Assembly: GCA_963734535.1 (NCBI GenBank)
Contig: CAVTHS010000002.1
Coordinates: forward strand, 160,001-224,000
Reading direction: 5' to 3'
Length of the DNA stretch: 64,000 nt
Source: an uncultured Chloroflexia bacterium
GTDB taxonomy: Bacteria > Chloroflexota > Limnocylindria > Limnocylindrales > CSP1-4
Both the position numbers and the translations under genes were made by a program. Positions 13,860-36,514 of the stretch are shown here, piece by piece. How positions within the stretch are numbered: position 1 is the first letter of the stretch; each line of letters begins with the position of its first letter. The notes beneath the pieces are model-generated. The model did no database searches. It was not told where the DNA came from and was given only the letters and a program-made list of their open reading frames with translations.

Positions 13860-14387
13860 ATGCCGACCGACGCGAAGCGCGCCACCGTGGCCGAGCTCCG
13901 GGGCGACCTGTCCCGCAGCACCACGCTCGTCACCACCGAGTACCGCGGGCTCACCGTGAAGGAACTCGGCGAGATCCGGCGGGCGCTTCGAAAGCAGCAC
14001 GTCACCTACCGGGTCGTCAAGAATCGCCTCATGCGGATCGCCGCGGAGCAGGAGGGGAACCCGGGCATCGGCCCGCTCCTCCGCGGCCCCTCGGCCATCG
14101 CCTTCGGGAGCGGCGACGAGGCGCTCGTCGCACGGACCGTCCTCGAGGCCGTCCGCCCCTACAAGCTCGTCAAGGTCACCGGCGGCGTCGTCGGCGGGAA
14201 GTCCTACGACCTCGCGGGCGTGACCAGGCTTGCGACCCTCCCGCCCCGCGAGATCCTTCTCGCCCAGCTCGGCGGCGCGTTCAGCGCACCGGCCACGCAG
14301 GTCGCCGGGCTCATGGCCGCGAACCTGCGAAACCTCGGCAATGCGCTGACCCAGCTGCAGGAGCAGCTGGCGCAGGCCGTGGCCTAG
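13860..14387 (+). CDS. rplJ: 50S ribosomal protein L10
   Basis: [34 protein letters not shown]. Confidence 0.96.
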   Translation: MPTDAKRATVAELRGDLSRSTTLVTTEYRGLTVKELGEIRRALRKQHVTYRVVKNRLMRIAAEQEGNPGIGPLLRGPSAIAFGSGDEALVARTVLEAVRPYKLVKVTGGVVGGKSYDLAGVTRLATLPPREILLAQLGGAFSAPATQVAGLMAANLRNLGNALTQLQEQLAQAVA

Positions 14388-14457
14388 GCGCCACCGAACA
14401 GGAACCCAACGCGCCCGCCAGCCGCGGGCGACGCGACTTCAAGGAGACATGAACGCA

Positions 14458-14844
14458 ATGGCCACGCTTACCCACGACGAGCTGCTCGACCAGATCGGCG
14501 CGATGACCCTCGTCGAGGTTGCCGATTTCATCAAGAAGTTCGAGGCGAAGTTCGGCGTCACCGCCGCCGCTCCGGTCTCGGCGGCCGCCGCGCCGTCCGC
14601 CGCCGCCGCCCCCGTCGAGGCGGTCGAGGAGCAGACGGAGTTCACGGCGATCCTCGCCGAGATCGGCCCCAACAAGATTCCCGTCATCAAGGTCGTGCGC
14701 GAGCTCACCGGCCTTGGCCTCAAGGAGGCCAAGGACCTCGTCGACCAGTCGCCGAAGCCCGTCAAGGAAGGCGTCGCCCGCGACGAGGCAGAGAAGATCA
14801 AGGCGGCCCTCGAGGCGCAGGGCGCAAAGGTCGAGATCAAGTAG
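14458..14844 (+). CDS. rplL: 50S ribosomal protein L7/L12 (alternative start 14449)
   Basis: KFGVTAAAP hinge, [22 protein letters not shown]. Confidence 0.98.
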   Translation: MATLTHDELLDQIGAMTLVEVADFIKKFEAKFGVTAAAPVSAAAAPSAAAAPVEAVEEQTEFTAILAEIGPNKIPVIKVVRELTGLGLKEAKDLVDQSPKPVKEGVARDEAEKIKAALEAQGAKVEIK

Positions 14845-14952
14845 CTGCCGACCGCCACGCTGGGAGTGCCGGCAGCACCTCGCCGTCCGGCCGACCCACT
14901 CGCCGCCACGCCGGGATGGTGCACGGGCGCCACCCGGCGTTCGCGTGCGCGC

Positions 14953-14980
14953 TTGACAACTTCTGCGTGAGCGATACAAT
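14953..14980 (+). promoter_or_regulatory. Near-consensus sigma70 promoter for rpoBC
   Basis: TTGACA, 16-nt spacer, TACAAT in an AT-rich patch about 60 nt before rpoB. Confidence 0.7.
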
Positions 14981-15039
14981 TTCCAATTCCGTGAGCGCGG
15001 CCCTCTTTCCTTTCTCCCTCCTCCGTCAAGGAGCGGTTC

Positions 15040-18528
<3,489 letters not shown>

Positions 18529-18604
18529 CCCCAGCCTTCACATCGCGGGGCCGGCGCTCGGCCGGCCCGGCCCCGCTCGCACCCGGTCCGTATCGCGCCG
18601 CTGA

Positions 18605-23223
<4,619 letters not shown>

Positions 23224-23228
23224 CCCAG

Positions 23229-23253
23229 CGCCGGCGGGCCGCGCCCGCCGGCG
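23229..23253 (+). terminator. GC-rich hairpin after rpoC
   Basis: Perfect inverted repeat CGCCGGCGGGC-CGC-GCCCGCCGGCG; no U-tract. Confidence 0.4.
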
Positions 23254-23275
23254 ACATCCCGCGAGGCGGCGGCCT

Positions 23276-23305
23276 TTGACACGTCCGCTGCCTCACTGCT
23301 AAACT
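23276..23305 (+). promoter_or_regulatory. str operon promoter
   Basis: TTGACA, 18-nt spacer, TAAACT with TG extended -10. Confidence 0.7.
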
Positions 23306-23457
23306 CCGCCTTCGCGGCTACGACCGGTCGGTCGTCTCCGCGTGCTCCGCCCCGCGTTCACCGCGTCGGGCGGCGAGCGGCCCGCATTGCTGCCCGGGAC
23401 ACACCCGGGTGACGGGGCCGCCGGACCAGCAGACCACGAGAAAGGAACAGCGTCTCC

Positions 23458-23892
23458 GTGCCGACGATCAGCCAGCTCGTGCGCCACGGCCGGAAGCCGA
23501 AGATCTCGAAGGTCAAGGCCCCGGCGATGCGCAAGATCTGGAACAGCCTTGACCAGCGCCAGATGCCGATCCCGGGTGCCCCCCAGAAGCGCGGCGTCTG
23601 CCTGCAGGTCCGCACGATGACGCCGAAGAAGCCGAACTCGGCCCTCCGCAAGATCGCCCGTGTCCGGCTCACCAACCAGATGGAGGTCACGGCCTACATC
23701 CCGGGGATCGGCCACAACCTCCAGGAGCACTCCGTCGTGCTGGTCCGGGGCGGCCGCGTGAAGGACCTCCCGTCCGTGAAGTACCACATCATCCGCGGTG
23801 CGCTCGACACAGCCGGCGTCCGCGACCGCAAGCAGGGCCGCTCGAAGTACGGCGCGAAAGCGACCGCCAGCCTGCCCGGCCAGAAGAAGTAG
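23458..23892 (+). CDS. rpsL: 30S ribosomal protein S12
   Basis: [28 protein letters not shown]. Confidence 0.98.
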   Translation: MPTISQLVRHGRKPKISKVKAPAMRKIWNSLDQRQMPIPGAPQKRGVCLQVRTMTPKKPNSALRKIARVRLTNQMEVTAYIPGIGHNLQEHSVVLVRGGRVKDLPSVKYHIIRGALDTAGVRDRKQGRSKYGAKATASLPGQKK

Positions 23893-23897
23893 GGACC

Positions 23898-24365
23898 ATG
23901 CCGCGTCGCGCCAGCATTCCCCGCAAGTCGAAGTACGAGACCATCCCGGCGAACCGGACGACCGCCCGCATCTCCGCGAAGCTGATGATGGACGGCAAGA
24001 AGATCCTCTCGAACCGGATCCTTCGCCAGGCTCTCGCGCGCGCCGAGGCGCAGGCGAAGCGGCCCGGCCTCGAGGTGCTCGAGACCGCCCTTCGAAACGC
24101 GACCCCGATCATCGAGGTCAAGCCGCGACGCGTCGGCGGCGCCACCTACCAGGTCCCGGTCGAGATCCGCGGCGATCGCCGCCTTTCGCTCGGCGTTCGC
24201 TGGCTGGTGCAGGCCGCCCGGAAGCGCAACGGCAAGAGCATGAGCGAGAAGCTCGCCTCCGAGTTCGTGGATGCCTCAAACGGGATCGGCGCCGCCGTCA
24301 AGCGGCGCGAGGACACCCACAAGATGGCCGATGCCAACAAGGCATTCAGCCACTTCAAGTGGTAG
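23898..24365 (+). CDS. rpsG: 30S ribosomal protein S7
   Basis: [21 protein letters not shown]. Confidence 0.98.
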   Translation: MPRRASIPRKSKYETIPANRTTARISAKLMMDGKKILSNRILRQALARAEAQAKRPGLEVLETALRNATPIIEVKPRRVGGATYQVPVEIRGDRRLSLGVRWLVQAARKRNGKSMSEKLASEFVDASNGIGAAVKRREDTHKMADANKAFSHFKW

Positions 24366-24381
24366 ACCGGAGACCCTGACC

Positions 24382-26457
<2,076 letters not shown>

Positions 26458-26529
26458 CAGAGGCGGAGGTCCGAGGCGGGTCCAGGCGGGCCCGGCGCGG
26501 CGACGTGGAGCCAGGGAGCGCGAACAGCG

Positions 26530-27730
<1,201 letters not shown>

Positions 27731-27738
<8 letters not shown>

Positions 27739-28039
27739 GCAGCGGATCCGGATCCGCCTCAAGGCCTACGACCACCGCCTGCTTGACCAGTCCGCGGCCC
27801 AGATCGTCGAGACCGCTCAGCGGACCGGCGCCGACGTGGTCGGCCCGGTCCCGCTCCCGACCCGGATCGAGAAGTTCACCGTGCTCCGCTCGCCGTTCAT
27901 CGACAAGGACAGCCGGGAGCAGTTCGAGATCCGCACGCACAAGCGACTCGTGGACATCCTCGACCCGTCGGCCAAGACGGTCGACGCCCTGATGCGCCTC
28001 TCGCTGGCGGCGGGTGTCGACATCGAGATCAAGATGTGA
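27731..28039 (+). CDS. rpsJ: 30S ribosomal protein S10
   Basis: [24 protein letters not shown]. Confidence 0.98.
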
Positions 28040-28178
28040 TGAAGTCTCACTCGCTCACCCGACACTTGGCCGCGTTGTCGCCTGCGCGCGGTCGCTCACG
28101 CACCGCACGTGCGCTCGCTCCCGTGCTCGGCTCCGCCTTGCCCTGGGCGCGGCTGAGCGGTGAGACAGGTACCGTGCG

Positions 28179-28787
28179 ATGAGCATTGGATTGATCGGCC
28201 GCAAGGTCGGCATGACCCAGGTCTTCCAGGCCGACGGCACCATGATCCCGGTCAGCGTCGTGGCCGTGGGGCCGAACACCGTGACGCGTCTTCGGACGCC
28301 GGAACGGGACGGCTACACCGCCGTGCAGCTCGGGATCGAGCCCTCGAAGAAGCTCACCAAGCCCGAGGCCGGGCAGCTCAAGGACCTTCCCAAGGTCGCG
28401 GTGATCCGCGAGTTCCTGCTCGAGGACGTCTCCGAGTACACCGTCGGGCAGACCCTCGACGTCACCCTCTTCGCCGTCGGCGACGTGATCCACGTCACCG
28501 GGACCTCGAAGGGCAAGGGCTTCGCGGGCAACATCAAGCGCAACAACTTCCACCGCGGTCCGAAGACGCACGGCTCCGACCACCATCGCGCGCCGGGCTC
28601 GATCGGCCCGGGCACCACGCCCGGCCGCGTCTACCGGGGCATGCGGATGGCCGGCCACATGGGTGACGAGCGCGTCACCGTCAAGAAGCTGCACGTCGTG
28701 CGGGTCGATACCGAGCGCAACCTCCTCCTCGTGAAGGGGTCGGTGCCGGGAGCGCCCCACGCGCTCGTCCTCGTGAAGAAGGCCTGA
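28179..28787 (+). CDS. rplC: 50S ribosomal protein L3
   Basis: GRKVGMTQVF, GTSKGKGF, MAGHMG. Confidence 0.98.
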   Translation: MSIGLIGRKVGMTQVFQADGTMIPVSVVAVGPNTVTRLRTPERDGYTAVQLGIEPSKKLTKPEAGQLKDLPKVAVIREFLLEDVSEYTVGQTLDVTLFAVGDVIHVTGTSKGKGFAGNIKRNNFHRGPKTHGSDHHRAPGSIGPGTTPGRVYRGMRMAGHMGDERVTVKKLHVVRVDTERNLLLVKGSVPGAPHALVLVKKA

Positions 28788-28789
28788 CG

Positions 28790-29413
28790 ATGCCGCAGAC
28801 CACGCTCTATGCCCGGACGGGCGAGGCGATCGGAACGGTGGAGCTCTCGGACGAGCTCTTCGCCGCCCCGGTCAACGCCGCCGTCCTCCACCAGGTCGTC
28901 ACGGCGCAGCTCGCCGGGCGCCGCCTGGGTACCAGCGACACGAAGACCCGCGGCGAGGTCCGTGGCGGCGGCGCGAAGCCGTATCGCCAGAAGGGGACCG
29001 GCCGTGCCCGCCAGGGCTCGCGCCGCGCACCGCACTTCGCCGGCGGCGGCGTCGTGTTCGGGCCGCATCCGCGCTCGTACGCGCAGCGCCTGCCACGCAA
29101 GATGAAGCGCCTCGCGCTCCGCGGCGCGCTGACCGCCAAGTTCGGCGGCGACGCCATCCGGGTCCTCGACGCGTTCGGGCTCGAGGCGATCAAGACCAGG
29201 GAGCTCCTTGGCGTGCTCGGCAACCTGAAGGTCGCCGGCCGCGTGCTGATCGTCTCTCCGGCCCGCGACGAGCGGCTGGACCTCTCGGCGCGGAACCTGC
29301 CGCGGGTGGCGGTCCTCCTCGCGGACTCGCTCAACGTCGTGGACCTGCTCAACGCGGACACGATCGTCATCGAGCAGACGGCGCTCGCCCGCCTCGAGGA
29401 GGTGTACGCATGA
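28790..29413 (+). CDS. rplD: 50S ribosomal protein L4
   Basis: TKTRGEVRGGGAKPYRQKGTGRARQGS. Confidence 0.98.
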   Translation: MPQTTLYARTGEAIGTVELSDELFAAPVNAAVLHQVVTAQLAGRRLGTSDTKTRGEVRGGGAKPYRQKGTGRARQGSRRAPHFAGGGVVFGPHPRSYAQRLPRKMKRLALRGALTAKFGGDAIRVLDAFGLEAIKTRELLGVLGNLKVAGRVLIVSPARDERLDLSARNLPRVAVLLADSLNVVDLLNADTIVIEQTALARLEEVYA

Positions 29414-29712
29414 CGCTCACCGCCCACGAGGTGATCGTGCGGCCGATCATCAGCGAGAAGTCGATGGATGAGTCCGGCCGCGGCAAGTACACGTTCGAAG
29501 TGCACGGCGACGCCTCGAAGATCCAGGTCAAGGCGGCCGTCGAGGAGCTCTTCAAGGTCCAGGTCACCGCGGTCAACGTCCTCACGACGAAGGCCAAGGA
29601 GAAGCGTCGCGGTACCAAGCGCGGCCGGATCACGGGCTGGACCACGCCCTGGCGCAAGGCGATCGTGACGCTCGCCGCGGGCCAGAAGATCGAATTCTTC
29701 GAGGGGGTGTAG
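29410..29712 (+). CDS. rplW: 50S ribosomal protein L23
   Basis: [22 protein letters not shown]. Confidence 0.97.
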   Translation: MTLTAHEVIVRPIISEKSMDESGRGKYTFEVHGDASKIQVKAAVEELFKVQVTAVNVLTTKAKEKRRGTKRGRITGWTTPWRKAIVTLAAGQKIEFFEGV

Positions 29713-29714
29713 CG

Positions 29715-30545
29715 ATGCCGCTCCGCAGCTACAAGCCCACGTCGGCCGGCCGGCGGTTCATGACGCGCTCGACCTTCGAGGAGATCACCACCAAGGAGCC
29801 CTACAAGCCGCTGCTCGAGCCGAAGAAGCGTGGCTCGGGTCGCAACAACCAGGGCCGCCTCACCGTCCGTCATCGCGGCGGCGGCGAGAAGCAGCACTAC
29901 CGGATCATCGACTTCAAGCGCGACAAGGTCGGCGTGCCGGCGAAGATCGCCACCGTGGAGTACGACCCGAACCGGTCGGCCCGCATCGGCCTTCTCCACT
30001 ACCGGGATGGCGAGAAGCGCTACATGCTCCTGCCCCACGGCCTCAAGGTCGGCGACCTCGTGGTCGCCGGGCCCGACGCCGAGGCCCGGGTGGGGAACGC
30101 CCTGCCACTCTCGAGCATCCCGCTCGGCACCACCATCCACAACATCGAGCTCGTGCCCGGCAAGGGCGGCCAGATCGTCCGCTCGGCGGGTGGCGCGGCG
30201 CAGCTCCTCGCGAAGGAAGGCGACTACGCCACCGTCCGACTCCCGTCGGGCGAGATGCGTCGCGTCCCGCTGCGCTGCGTGGCGACGATCGGGCAGGTCT
30301 CCAACCTGGACCACGAGAACCAGAGCCTCGGGAAGGCCGGCCGGGCCCGCCACATGGGCCTTCGTCCGGAGACCCGGGGCGTCGCGATGACCCCGCGCGA
30401 CCATCCGCACGGCGGCGGCGAGGGCAAGTCCCCGACGGGAATGCCCCCCAAGACGCCGTGGGGAAAGCCGGCGATGGGGTACCGGACGCGGCGCGCGACG
30501 ACAGGCGATCGCCTGATCGTCCGGTCGCGGCACCGCAAGTCGTAG
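29715..30545 (+). CDS. rplB: 50S ribosomal protein L2
   Basis: [24 protein letters not shown]. Confidence 0.98.
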   Translation: MPLRSYKPTSAGRRFMTRSTFEEITTKEPYKPLLEPKKRGSGRNNQGRLTVRHRGGGEKQHYRIIDFKRDKVGVPAKIATVEYDPNRSARIGLLHYRDGEKRYMLLPHGLKVGDLVVAGPDAEARVGNALPLSSIPLGTTIHNIELVPGKGGQIVRSAGGAAQLLAKEGDYATVRLPSGEMRRVPLRCVATIGQVSNLDHENQSLGKAGRARHMGLRPETRGVAMTPRDHPHGGGEGKSPTGMPPKTPWGKPAMGYRTRRATTGDRLIVRSRHRKS

Positions 30546-30558
30546 GAGGAGCAGAAGC

Positions 30559-30843
30559 ATGTCGCGTTCGGTCAAGAAAGGACCGTTCGTCGAGGCGCGG
30601 CTCCTCGGCCGCGTCCAGGAGATGAACAAGAAGAACGAGCGGAAGATCGTCCGCACGTGGTCCCGCGCCTCGGTCGTCTTCCCGGACTTCATCGGGCACA
30701 CGATCGCCGTCTACAACGGGCGCAAGCACGTGCCGGTCTACGTCACCGAGAACATGGTCGGTCATCGGCTGGGCGAGTTCGCCCCGACCCGCACGTTCCG
30801 CGGGCACGACAAGAAGACCGACCGCGCCACGGCCGTGCGGTAG
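30559..30843 (+). CDS. rpsS: 30S ribosomal protein S19
   Basis: [21 protein letters not shown]. Confidence 0.98.
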   Translation: MSRSVKKGPFVEARLLGRVQEMNKKNERKIVRTWSRASVVFPDFIGHTIAVYNGRKHVPVYVTENMVGHRLGEFAPTRTFRGHDKKTDRATAVR

Positions 30844-30854
30844 GGGACGAGAAC

Positions 30855-31193
30855 GTGCGCGTTTCTGCCACTGCCAAGTACCTCCGCGGGTCAACCCGCA
30901 AGGCGAACCTCGTCGCGTCCGCCATCCGTGGGCGCCGGGTCGAGGACGCGAGCGCGATCCTGCGCTTCATGCCGCAGGGGGCCGCGCGCGATATCGCGCG
31001 CGTCCTCGCGAGCGCGACCGCGAACGCCGAGAACAACCACAACCTCGCGGCCGAGGATCTCGTGATCGTCGAGGCCCACGCGAACGAGGGGCCCACCCTC
31101 AAGCGCTGGAAGCCGCGAGCCCAGGGACGGGCCTTCGCCATCCACAAGCCGATGACCCACATCACCATCGTCCTCGAAGAGCGGGAGGCCTGA
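30855..31193 (+). CDS. rplV: 50S ribosomal protein L22
   Basis: [22 protein letters not shown]; GTG start at 30855. Confidence 0.96.
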   Translation: MRVSATAKYLRGSTRKANLVASAIRGRRVEDASAILRFMPQGAARDIARVLASATANAENNHNLAAEDLVIVEAHANEGPTLKRWKPRAQGRAFAIHKPMTHITIVLEEREA

Positions 31194-31194
31194 C

Positions 31195-31884
31195 ATGGGA
31201 CACAAGGTCCACCCGTACGGCTTCCGCCTCGGGACGAGCCGCACCTGGTCCGCGAAGTGGTACGCCGACAAGGACTACGCGACGCTGCTCCAGGAAGACC
31301 TCGCCATGCGCAAGCTCATCGAGCGGCGCCTGGCGAACGCCAGCGTCGGCGGCGTCGAGATCGAGCGCGGCATCAACTACGTGACGGTGACGATCCACAC
31401 GGCCAAGCCGGGGATCGTGATCGGCAAGGGCGGTGCGAACGTCGAGATCCTGCGCAAGCAGATCGGCGACCTCACGAAGCCCCGCAAGGTGAAGCTCGAG
31501 ATCAAGGAGATCCGCCAGCCGGAGCTGGACGCCTACCTGGTGGCCGCCAACGTCGCCCAGCAGCTGAGCCGCCGGATCGCCTTCCGCAAGGCCATGAAGC
31601 AGGCCATCCAGCGGACGATGAAGGCCGGCGCGAAGGGCGTGAAGATCGCCGTCGCCGGTCGCCTCGGTGGCTCCGAGATGGCCCGGCGCGAGTGGGACCG
31701 CGAGGGTCGCATCCCGCTCGGCACGCTCCGCGCGGACATCAGCTACGGCTACGTGCTGTCGCGGACCACGTACGGCACGATCGGCGTCAAGGTCTGGATC
31801 TACCGGGGCGACGTGCCCGACCAGCGGATCGCGCGACCGGTGGCCGCCCCGGCCATCGCGCCCGTCGCGGCCCAGGGGGCATGA
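31195..31884 (+). CDS. rpsC: 30S ribosomal protein S3
   Basis: [29 protein letters not shown]. Confidence 0.98.
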   Translation: MGHKVHPYGFRLGTSRTWSAKWYADKDYATLLQEDLAMRKLIERRLANASVGGVEIERGINYVTVTIHTAKPGIVIGKGGANVEILRKQIGDLTKPRKVKLEIKEIRQPELDAYLVAANVAQQLSRRIAFRKAMKQAIQRTMKAGAKGVKIAVAGRLGGSEMARREWDREGRIPLGTLRADISYGYVLSRTTYGTIGVKVWIYRGDVPDQRIARPVAAPAIAPVAAQGA

Positions 31885-31888
31885 CGCC

Positions 31889-32308
31889 ATGCTGATGCCC
31901 CGTCGCGTCAAGCATCGGAAGGTCATGCGCGGCCGGATGGCCGGGATGTCCAAGGGTGGCACGGCCGTCTCCTTCGGGGAGTTCGGCCTCATCACCCTCG
32001 AGCCCGCCTGGATCACCAGCCGCCAGATCGAGGCAGCTCGGCGCGCGATGACTCGCTCGGTCAAGCGCGGCGGCAAGATCTGGATCCGGATCTTCCCGGA
32101 CAAGCCCGCCACCAAGAAGCCTGCGGAGACCCGGATGGGGTCCGGCAAGGGCGCCCCGGATCACTGGGTCGCCGTCGTGCGGCCCGGCCGGATCCTCTTC
32201 GAGATGGCCGGGGTTGATCGCGAGTCGGCGGTCGAGGCGATGCGTCTTGCCGGCCACAAGCTCCCGGTCGCCACGCGCTTCATCGTGAAGGAGGAGGAGA
32301 GCGCGTGA
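31889..32308 (+). CDS. rplP: 50S ribosomal protein L16
   Basis: [25 protein letters not shown]. Confidence 0.98.
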   Translation: MLMPRRVKHRKVMRGRMAGMSKGGTAVSFGEFGLITLEPAWITSRQIEAARRAMTRSVKRGGKIWIRIFPDKPATKKPAETRMGSGKGAPDHWVAVVRPGRILFEMAGVDRESAVEAMRLAGHKLPVATRFIVKEEESA

Positions 32309-32511
32309 TCGACATCGACAAGCTGCGCGCCCTGTCGGACGCGGAGCTGGACCAGGCGCTCAAGGATGCCAAGCGAGACCTCTGGCAGGCCCGCTTCGAG
32401 CTCGCCACGCGCCAGCTGAAGGACTACACCGCGATCTCCGGCAACCGCCGGACGATCGCCCGGATCCTCACCGTTCGCCACGAGCGCAAGCTCGTGGAGA
32501 CGAGCGCATAG
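32305..32511 (+). CDS. rpmC: 50S ribosomal protein L29
   Basis: RRTIARILT motif; position between rplP and rpsQ. Confidence 0.95.
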   Translation: MIDIDKLRALSDAELDQALKDAKRDLWQARFELATRQLKDYTAISGNRRTIARILTVRHERKLVETSA

Positions 32512-32521
32512 GGGGCCCGGC

Positions 32522-32902
32522 ATGGCAGGAGCAACAGACGTGCAGGGCAATCGCAAGACCAAGGTCGGGCGCGTCGTCAGCGACAAGATGGACAAGACGA
32601 TCGTCGTCTCCGTCGAGCGGCTGACGCGCCATCCGCTCTACAAGCGGGTGATCCGGGCCTCCAGCAAGTTCGCGGCTCACGACGAGCTCAACGCGGCGCG
32701 CGTCGGCGACACGGTGCGCATCGAGGAGTCCCGACCGCTGTCGCGGACCAAGCGCTGGCGGCTCGTCGAGGTCATCTCGCGGGGTGGCGAGGATCAGCCG
32801 ACCGAGCTCGTGGTCGAGGAGCTGGCCACCACCGAGGCGATCCACGCCGCGGCGCATCCGGGCAGGACGCACGCCGCAACCGGGGAGGGGACCGAGGCGT
32901 GA
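32522..32902 (+). CDS. rpsQ: 30S ribosomal protein S17 (with C-terminal extension)
   Basis: [26 protein letters not shown]. Confidence 0.97.
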   Translation: MAGATDVQGNRKTKVGRVVSDKMDKTIVVSVERLTRHPLYKRVIRASSKFAAHDELNAARVGDTVRIEESRPLSRTKRWRLVEVISRGGEDQPTELVVEELATTEAIHAAAHPGRTHAATGEGTEA

Positions 32903-33267
32903 TCCAGCAGCAAACCCGGCTCCGGGTCGCGGACAACACGGGGGCTCGCGTGATCCAGTGCATCCGGATCATGGGCCGCTCGCGCGCGACGACCGCGGAA
33001 GTCGGCGACGTGATCGTCGCCAGCGTGAAGCAGGCGATCCCCAACGCCGCCGTCAAGAAGGGCGATGTCGTGCGTGCCGTCATCGTCCGCACCGCCAAGG
33101 AATACGGCAGGCCGGATGGCAGCTACATCCGGTTCGACGAGAACGCGGCCGTCCTCATCAACAACCAGGGCAACCCGCGCGGGACACGGATCTTCGGACC
33201 CGTGGCGCGCGAGCTGCGCGATCGGAACTACATGAAGATCGTCTCGCTCGCACCGGAGGTGCTCTGA
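32899..33267 (+). CDS. rplN: 50S ribosomal protein L14
   Basis: [26 protein letters not shown]. Confidence 0.98.
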   Translation: MIQQQTRLRVADNTGARVIQCIRIMGRSRATTAEVGDVIVASVKQAIPNAAVKKGDVVRAVIVRTAKEYGRPDGSYIRFDENAAVLINNQGNPRGTRIFGPVARELRDRNYMKIVSLAPEVL

Positions 33268-33268
33268 G

Positions 33269-33670
33269 ATGGCACGTGCCGTTGCACCCCGGGTGACGAA
33301 GGTCTCCGAGCTCCGCAAGGGTGACACCATCCTCGTGCTGGGCGGCAAGGATGCCGGCAAGCGCGGGACGGTTGAGCGCGTCGACCGGCCGCTCACGCCC
33401 GGCACCCCGTACCGCGTGGTCGTCCAGGGCCTGAACGTCGCCAAGCGGCACACGAAGCCGCGCCCGCGCATGAACCAGAACGATCGCGTGCCGCAGATGC
33501 AGCAGGGGGGCATGGTCGAGAAGGCGATGCCGATGGCGGTCGGGAAGGTCATGCTGGTCTGCCCCCGCTGCGATCAGCCCACGCGCATCCGCCACCTCCT
33601 CCTGGAGACCGGCGCGCGCGTACGGGCCTGCGGCCACTGTGGCCAGCCGGTGGAGGTGAAGGGCGCGTGA
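33269..33670 (+). CDS. rplX: 50S ribosomal protein L24
   Basis: KOW motif [29 protein letters not shown]. Confidence 0.96.
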   Translation: MARAVAPRVTKVSELRKGDTILVLGGKDAGKRGTVERVDRPLTPGTPYRVVVQGLNVAKRHTKPRPRMNQNDRVPQMQQGGMVEKAMPMAVGKVMLVCPRCDQPTRIRHLLLETGARVRACGHCGQPVEVKGA

Positions 33671-34209
33671 GCAGCAACCTGAAGGGCCGCTACGCGACCG
33701 AGGTCGTCCCGGCGCTCACCAAGCAGTTCGCCTACGCCAACCCGATGCAGGTGCCGCGACTCGAGAAGATCGTGGTGAACATCGGGCTCGGCGAGGCGCT
33801 CACGAATGCCAAGGCGCTCGACGCGGCCGTCGGAGACCTGACCCTCATCACGGGCCAGAAGCCGATCGTCACGAAGGCCAAGCGCTCCATCGCCCAGTTC
33901 CGTCTCCGGACGGGCAACACCATCGGCGCGAAGGTGACGCTTCGCGGCGAGCGGATGTGGGATTTCCTGGAGCGCCTCACCGTCCTGGCGCTCCCGCGCA
34001 TCCGCGACTTCCGGGGCATCCCGGCCAAGTCGTTCGATGGGCGGGGCAACTACAGCCTCGGGATGCGCGAGCAGCTCGCGTTTCCCGAGATCGATTACGA
34101 CAAGGTCGACCGTCTCCGCGGGCTGGAGATCAGCATCGTGACGACGGCGAAGACCGACGAGGAGTCCCGGAAACTTCTGGAGCTCCTCGGCATGCCCTTC
34201 GCCGGCTAG
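33667..34209 (+). CDS. rplE: 50S ribosomal protein L5
   Basis: [24 protein letters not shown]. Confidence 0.98.
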   Translation: MSSNLKGRYATEVVPALTKQFAYANPMQVPRLEKIVVNIGLGEALTNAKALDAAVGDLTLITGQKPIVTKAKRSIAQFRLRTGNTIGAKVTLRGERMWDFLERLTVLALPRIRDFRGIPAKSFDGRGNYSLGMREQLAFPEIDYDKVDRLRGLEISIVTTAKTDEESRKLLELLGMPFAG

Positions 34210-34225
34210 CGCGGGGAGGAGGACC

Positions 34226-34411
34226 ATGGCCAAGAAATCTCTGATTGCCAAGGCGAAGCGAACGCCCAAGCACAAGGTGCAGGGCTACCACCGGTGCACG
34301 CTGTGTGGCCGGCCGCGAGCGTACATGCGCCGGTTCGCGCTCTGCCGCATCTGCTTCCGGGAACGCGCCCTTGCGGGCGAGGTCCCGGGCGTGACGAAGT
34401 CGAGCTGGTGA
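34226..34411 (+). CDS. rpsZ: 30S ribosomal protein S14, short Zn-binding (type Z) form
   Basis: 61 aa with CTLC..CRIC. Confidence 0.96.
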   Translation: MAKKSLIAKAKRTPKHKVQGYHRCTLCGRPRAYMRRFALCRICFRERALAGEVPGVTKSSW

Positions 34412-34418
34412 GCCGACG

Positions 34419-34823
<405 letters not shown>

Positions 34824-34834
34824 GGGGAACGACG

Positions 34835-35386
34835 ATGTCGCGTATCGGCCGCCAGCCTGTCCCCGTGCCCGCGGGCGTCGAGATCGCTCTCGATGGACCG
34901 GTCATCACCGTCACGGGCCCCAAGGGGACCCTGACCCGCTCCCTCCCGGCCGCGATGACGGTGGAGACGGGCGAGGGGAGCCTCCTCGTGACGCGCCCTT
35001 CTGACCTCAAGCAGCACAAGCAGCTCCACGGCCTGACCCGCACGCTCATCAACAACATGGTCGTGGGCGTCACGACCGGCTACCGGAAGAGCCTCGAGAT
35101 CACGGGCGTCGGCTACCGTGCCCAGAAGATCGGCGACAAGCTGCAGCTCAACCTCGGGTACAGCCATCCCGTCGAGATCGTGCCGCCGGACGGCATCAGC
35201 TTCGAGGTCGAGACCCCGATCAAGCTGGCCGTCCTCGGCATCGACAAGGAGCTCGTCGGCCAGGTTGCCGCCCGCGTCCGCGCTACGCGGAAGCCGGAGC
35301 CCTACAAGGGCAAGGGCGTTCGCTACGCCGGCGAGGTGATCCGTCGAAAGGCCGGCAAGGCCGGCAAGATCGGCGGAAAGAAGTAA
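34835..35386 (+). CDS. rplF: 50S ribosomal protein L6
   Basis: [16 protein letters not shown]. Confidence 0.98.
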   Translation: MSRIGRQPVPVPAGVEIALDGPVITVTGPKGTLTRSLPAAMTVETGEGSLLVTRPSDLKQHKQLHGLTRTLINNMVVGVTTGYRKSLEITGVGYRAQKIGDKLQLNLGYSHPVEIVPPDGISFEVETPIKLAVLGIDKELVGQVAARVRATRKPEPYKGKGVRYAGEVIRRKAGKAGKIGGKK

Positions 35387-35402
35387 CGGAAGGACGACCA
35401 CG

Positions 35403-35765
35403 ATGACGAAGGCCGCCACGCGCGGCGCCGCCCGGCAGAAACGGCACGAGCGGATTCGCCTCCGACTGGAGGGGACGTCCGCGCGGCCGCGCCTTGCGGT
35501 CTATCGCAGCCTCAACAACATCTATGCACAGGTGATCGACGACGCCGCCGGTCGCACCCTCGCCGCCGCCTCCTCCCTCGAGCCCGAGCTCAGGGGCGGG
35601 AAGCAGACGAAGGTCGACGAAGCGAAGGTTGTCGGGCGCCTGGTCGCCGAGCGGGCCCGAACCGCCGGGGTCGCGCAGGTTGTCTTCGATCGGGCCGGGT
35701 ATCGCTACCACGGCCGGGTCAAGACGCTTGCCGACGCCGCGCGCGAGGCCGGTCTCGACTTCTAG
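35403..35765 (+). CDS. rplR: 50S ribosomal protein L18
   Basis: [21 protein letters not shown]. Confidence 0.98.
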   Translation: MTKAATRGAARQKRHERIRLRLEGTSARPRLAVYRSLNNIYAQVIDDAAGRTLAAASSLEPELRGGKQTKVDEAKVVGRLVAERARTAGVAQVVFDRAGYRYHGRVKTLADAAREAGLDF

Positions 35766-35781
35766 GAGGAGAAGACCGCCA

Positions 35782-36315
35782 GTGGCCAGGATCGATCCCG
35801 CCAAGCTCACGCTCGAGGAGCGTGTCGTCCAGATCAACCGCGTCGCCAAGGTCGTCAAGGGCGGCCGGCGCTTCAGCTTCTCCGCGGTCGTCATCGTCGG
35901 TGACGGTCAGGGCCACGTCGGCGCCGGGCTCGGCAAGGCCGGCGAGGTTCCCGAGGCGATCCGCAAGGGCGTCGAGGACGCGAAGAAGAACCTCATCAAG
36001 ATCCCGATGGTGGGGACCACCATCACCCACGAGGTGCGCTCGGAGTTCGCGGCTGCCAAGGTCCTGCTCAAGCCCGCCTCGCAGGGGACGGGCGTCATCG
36101 CCGGCGGCTCGGTCCGCGCGGTGGTCGAGGCTGCCGGCATTCGCGACATCCTGACGAAGGTCCACGGCTCCACGAACCCGGTCAACGTCGTGAGGGCCAC
36201 GATCGAGGCCCTCCGCGACCTCTCGTCGGCCGAGGAGATCTCGGCACGCCGGGGCGTGCCCGTCCGGCTCTTCGTTGCCGGCCAGCCGTCCGCGGAGGCC
36301 GCTGATGGCCGGTAG
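35782..36315 (+). CDS. rpsE: 30S ribosomal protein S5
   Basis: [22 protein letters not shown]; GTG start after AGGAGG. Confidence 0.98.
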   Translation: MARIDPAKLTLEERVVQINRVAKVVKGGRRFSFSAVVIVGDGQGHVGAGLGKAGEVPEAIRKGVEDAKKNLIKIPMVGTTITHEVRSEFAAAKVLLKPASQGTGVIAGGSVRAVVEAAGIRDILTKVHGSTNPVNVVRATIEALRDLSSAEEISARRGVPVRLFVAGQPSAEAADGR

Positions 36316-36514
36316 GCTCCGCGTCACCCAGGTCAAGAGCACCATCAGCCACATCGCCCGCAACCGGGGGACCATCAGGGCGCTGGGCCTCCACCGGATC
36401 GGCGACACGGTCGTCGTGCCAGACAACGACGCGACGCGCGGCATGGTCCGTGCCGTCCGCTTCCTCGTCGAGGTCGAGGAGCTGCCCGAGACGGCGGCGG
36501 AGGAGACCCCATGA
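36305..36514 (+). CDS. rpmD: 50S ribosomal protein L30
   Basis: [19 protein letters not shown]; position between rpsE and rplO. Confidence 0.94.
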   Translation: MAGRLRVTQVKSTISHIARNRGTIRALGLHRIGDTVVVPDNDATRGMVRAVRFLVEVEELPETAAEETP

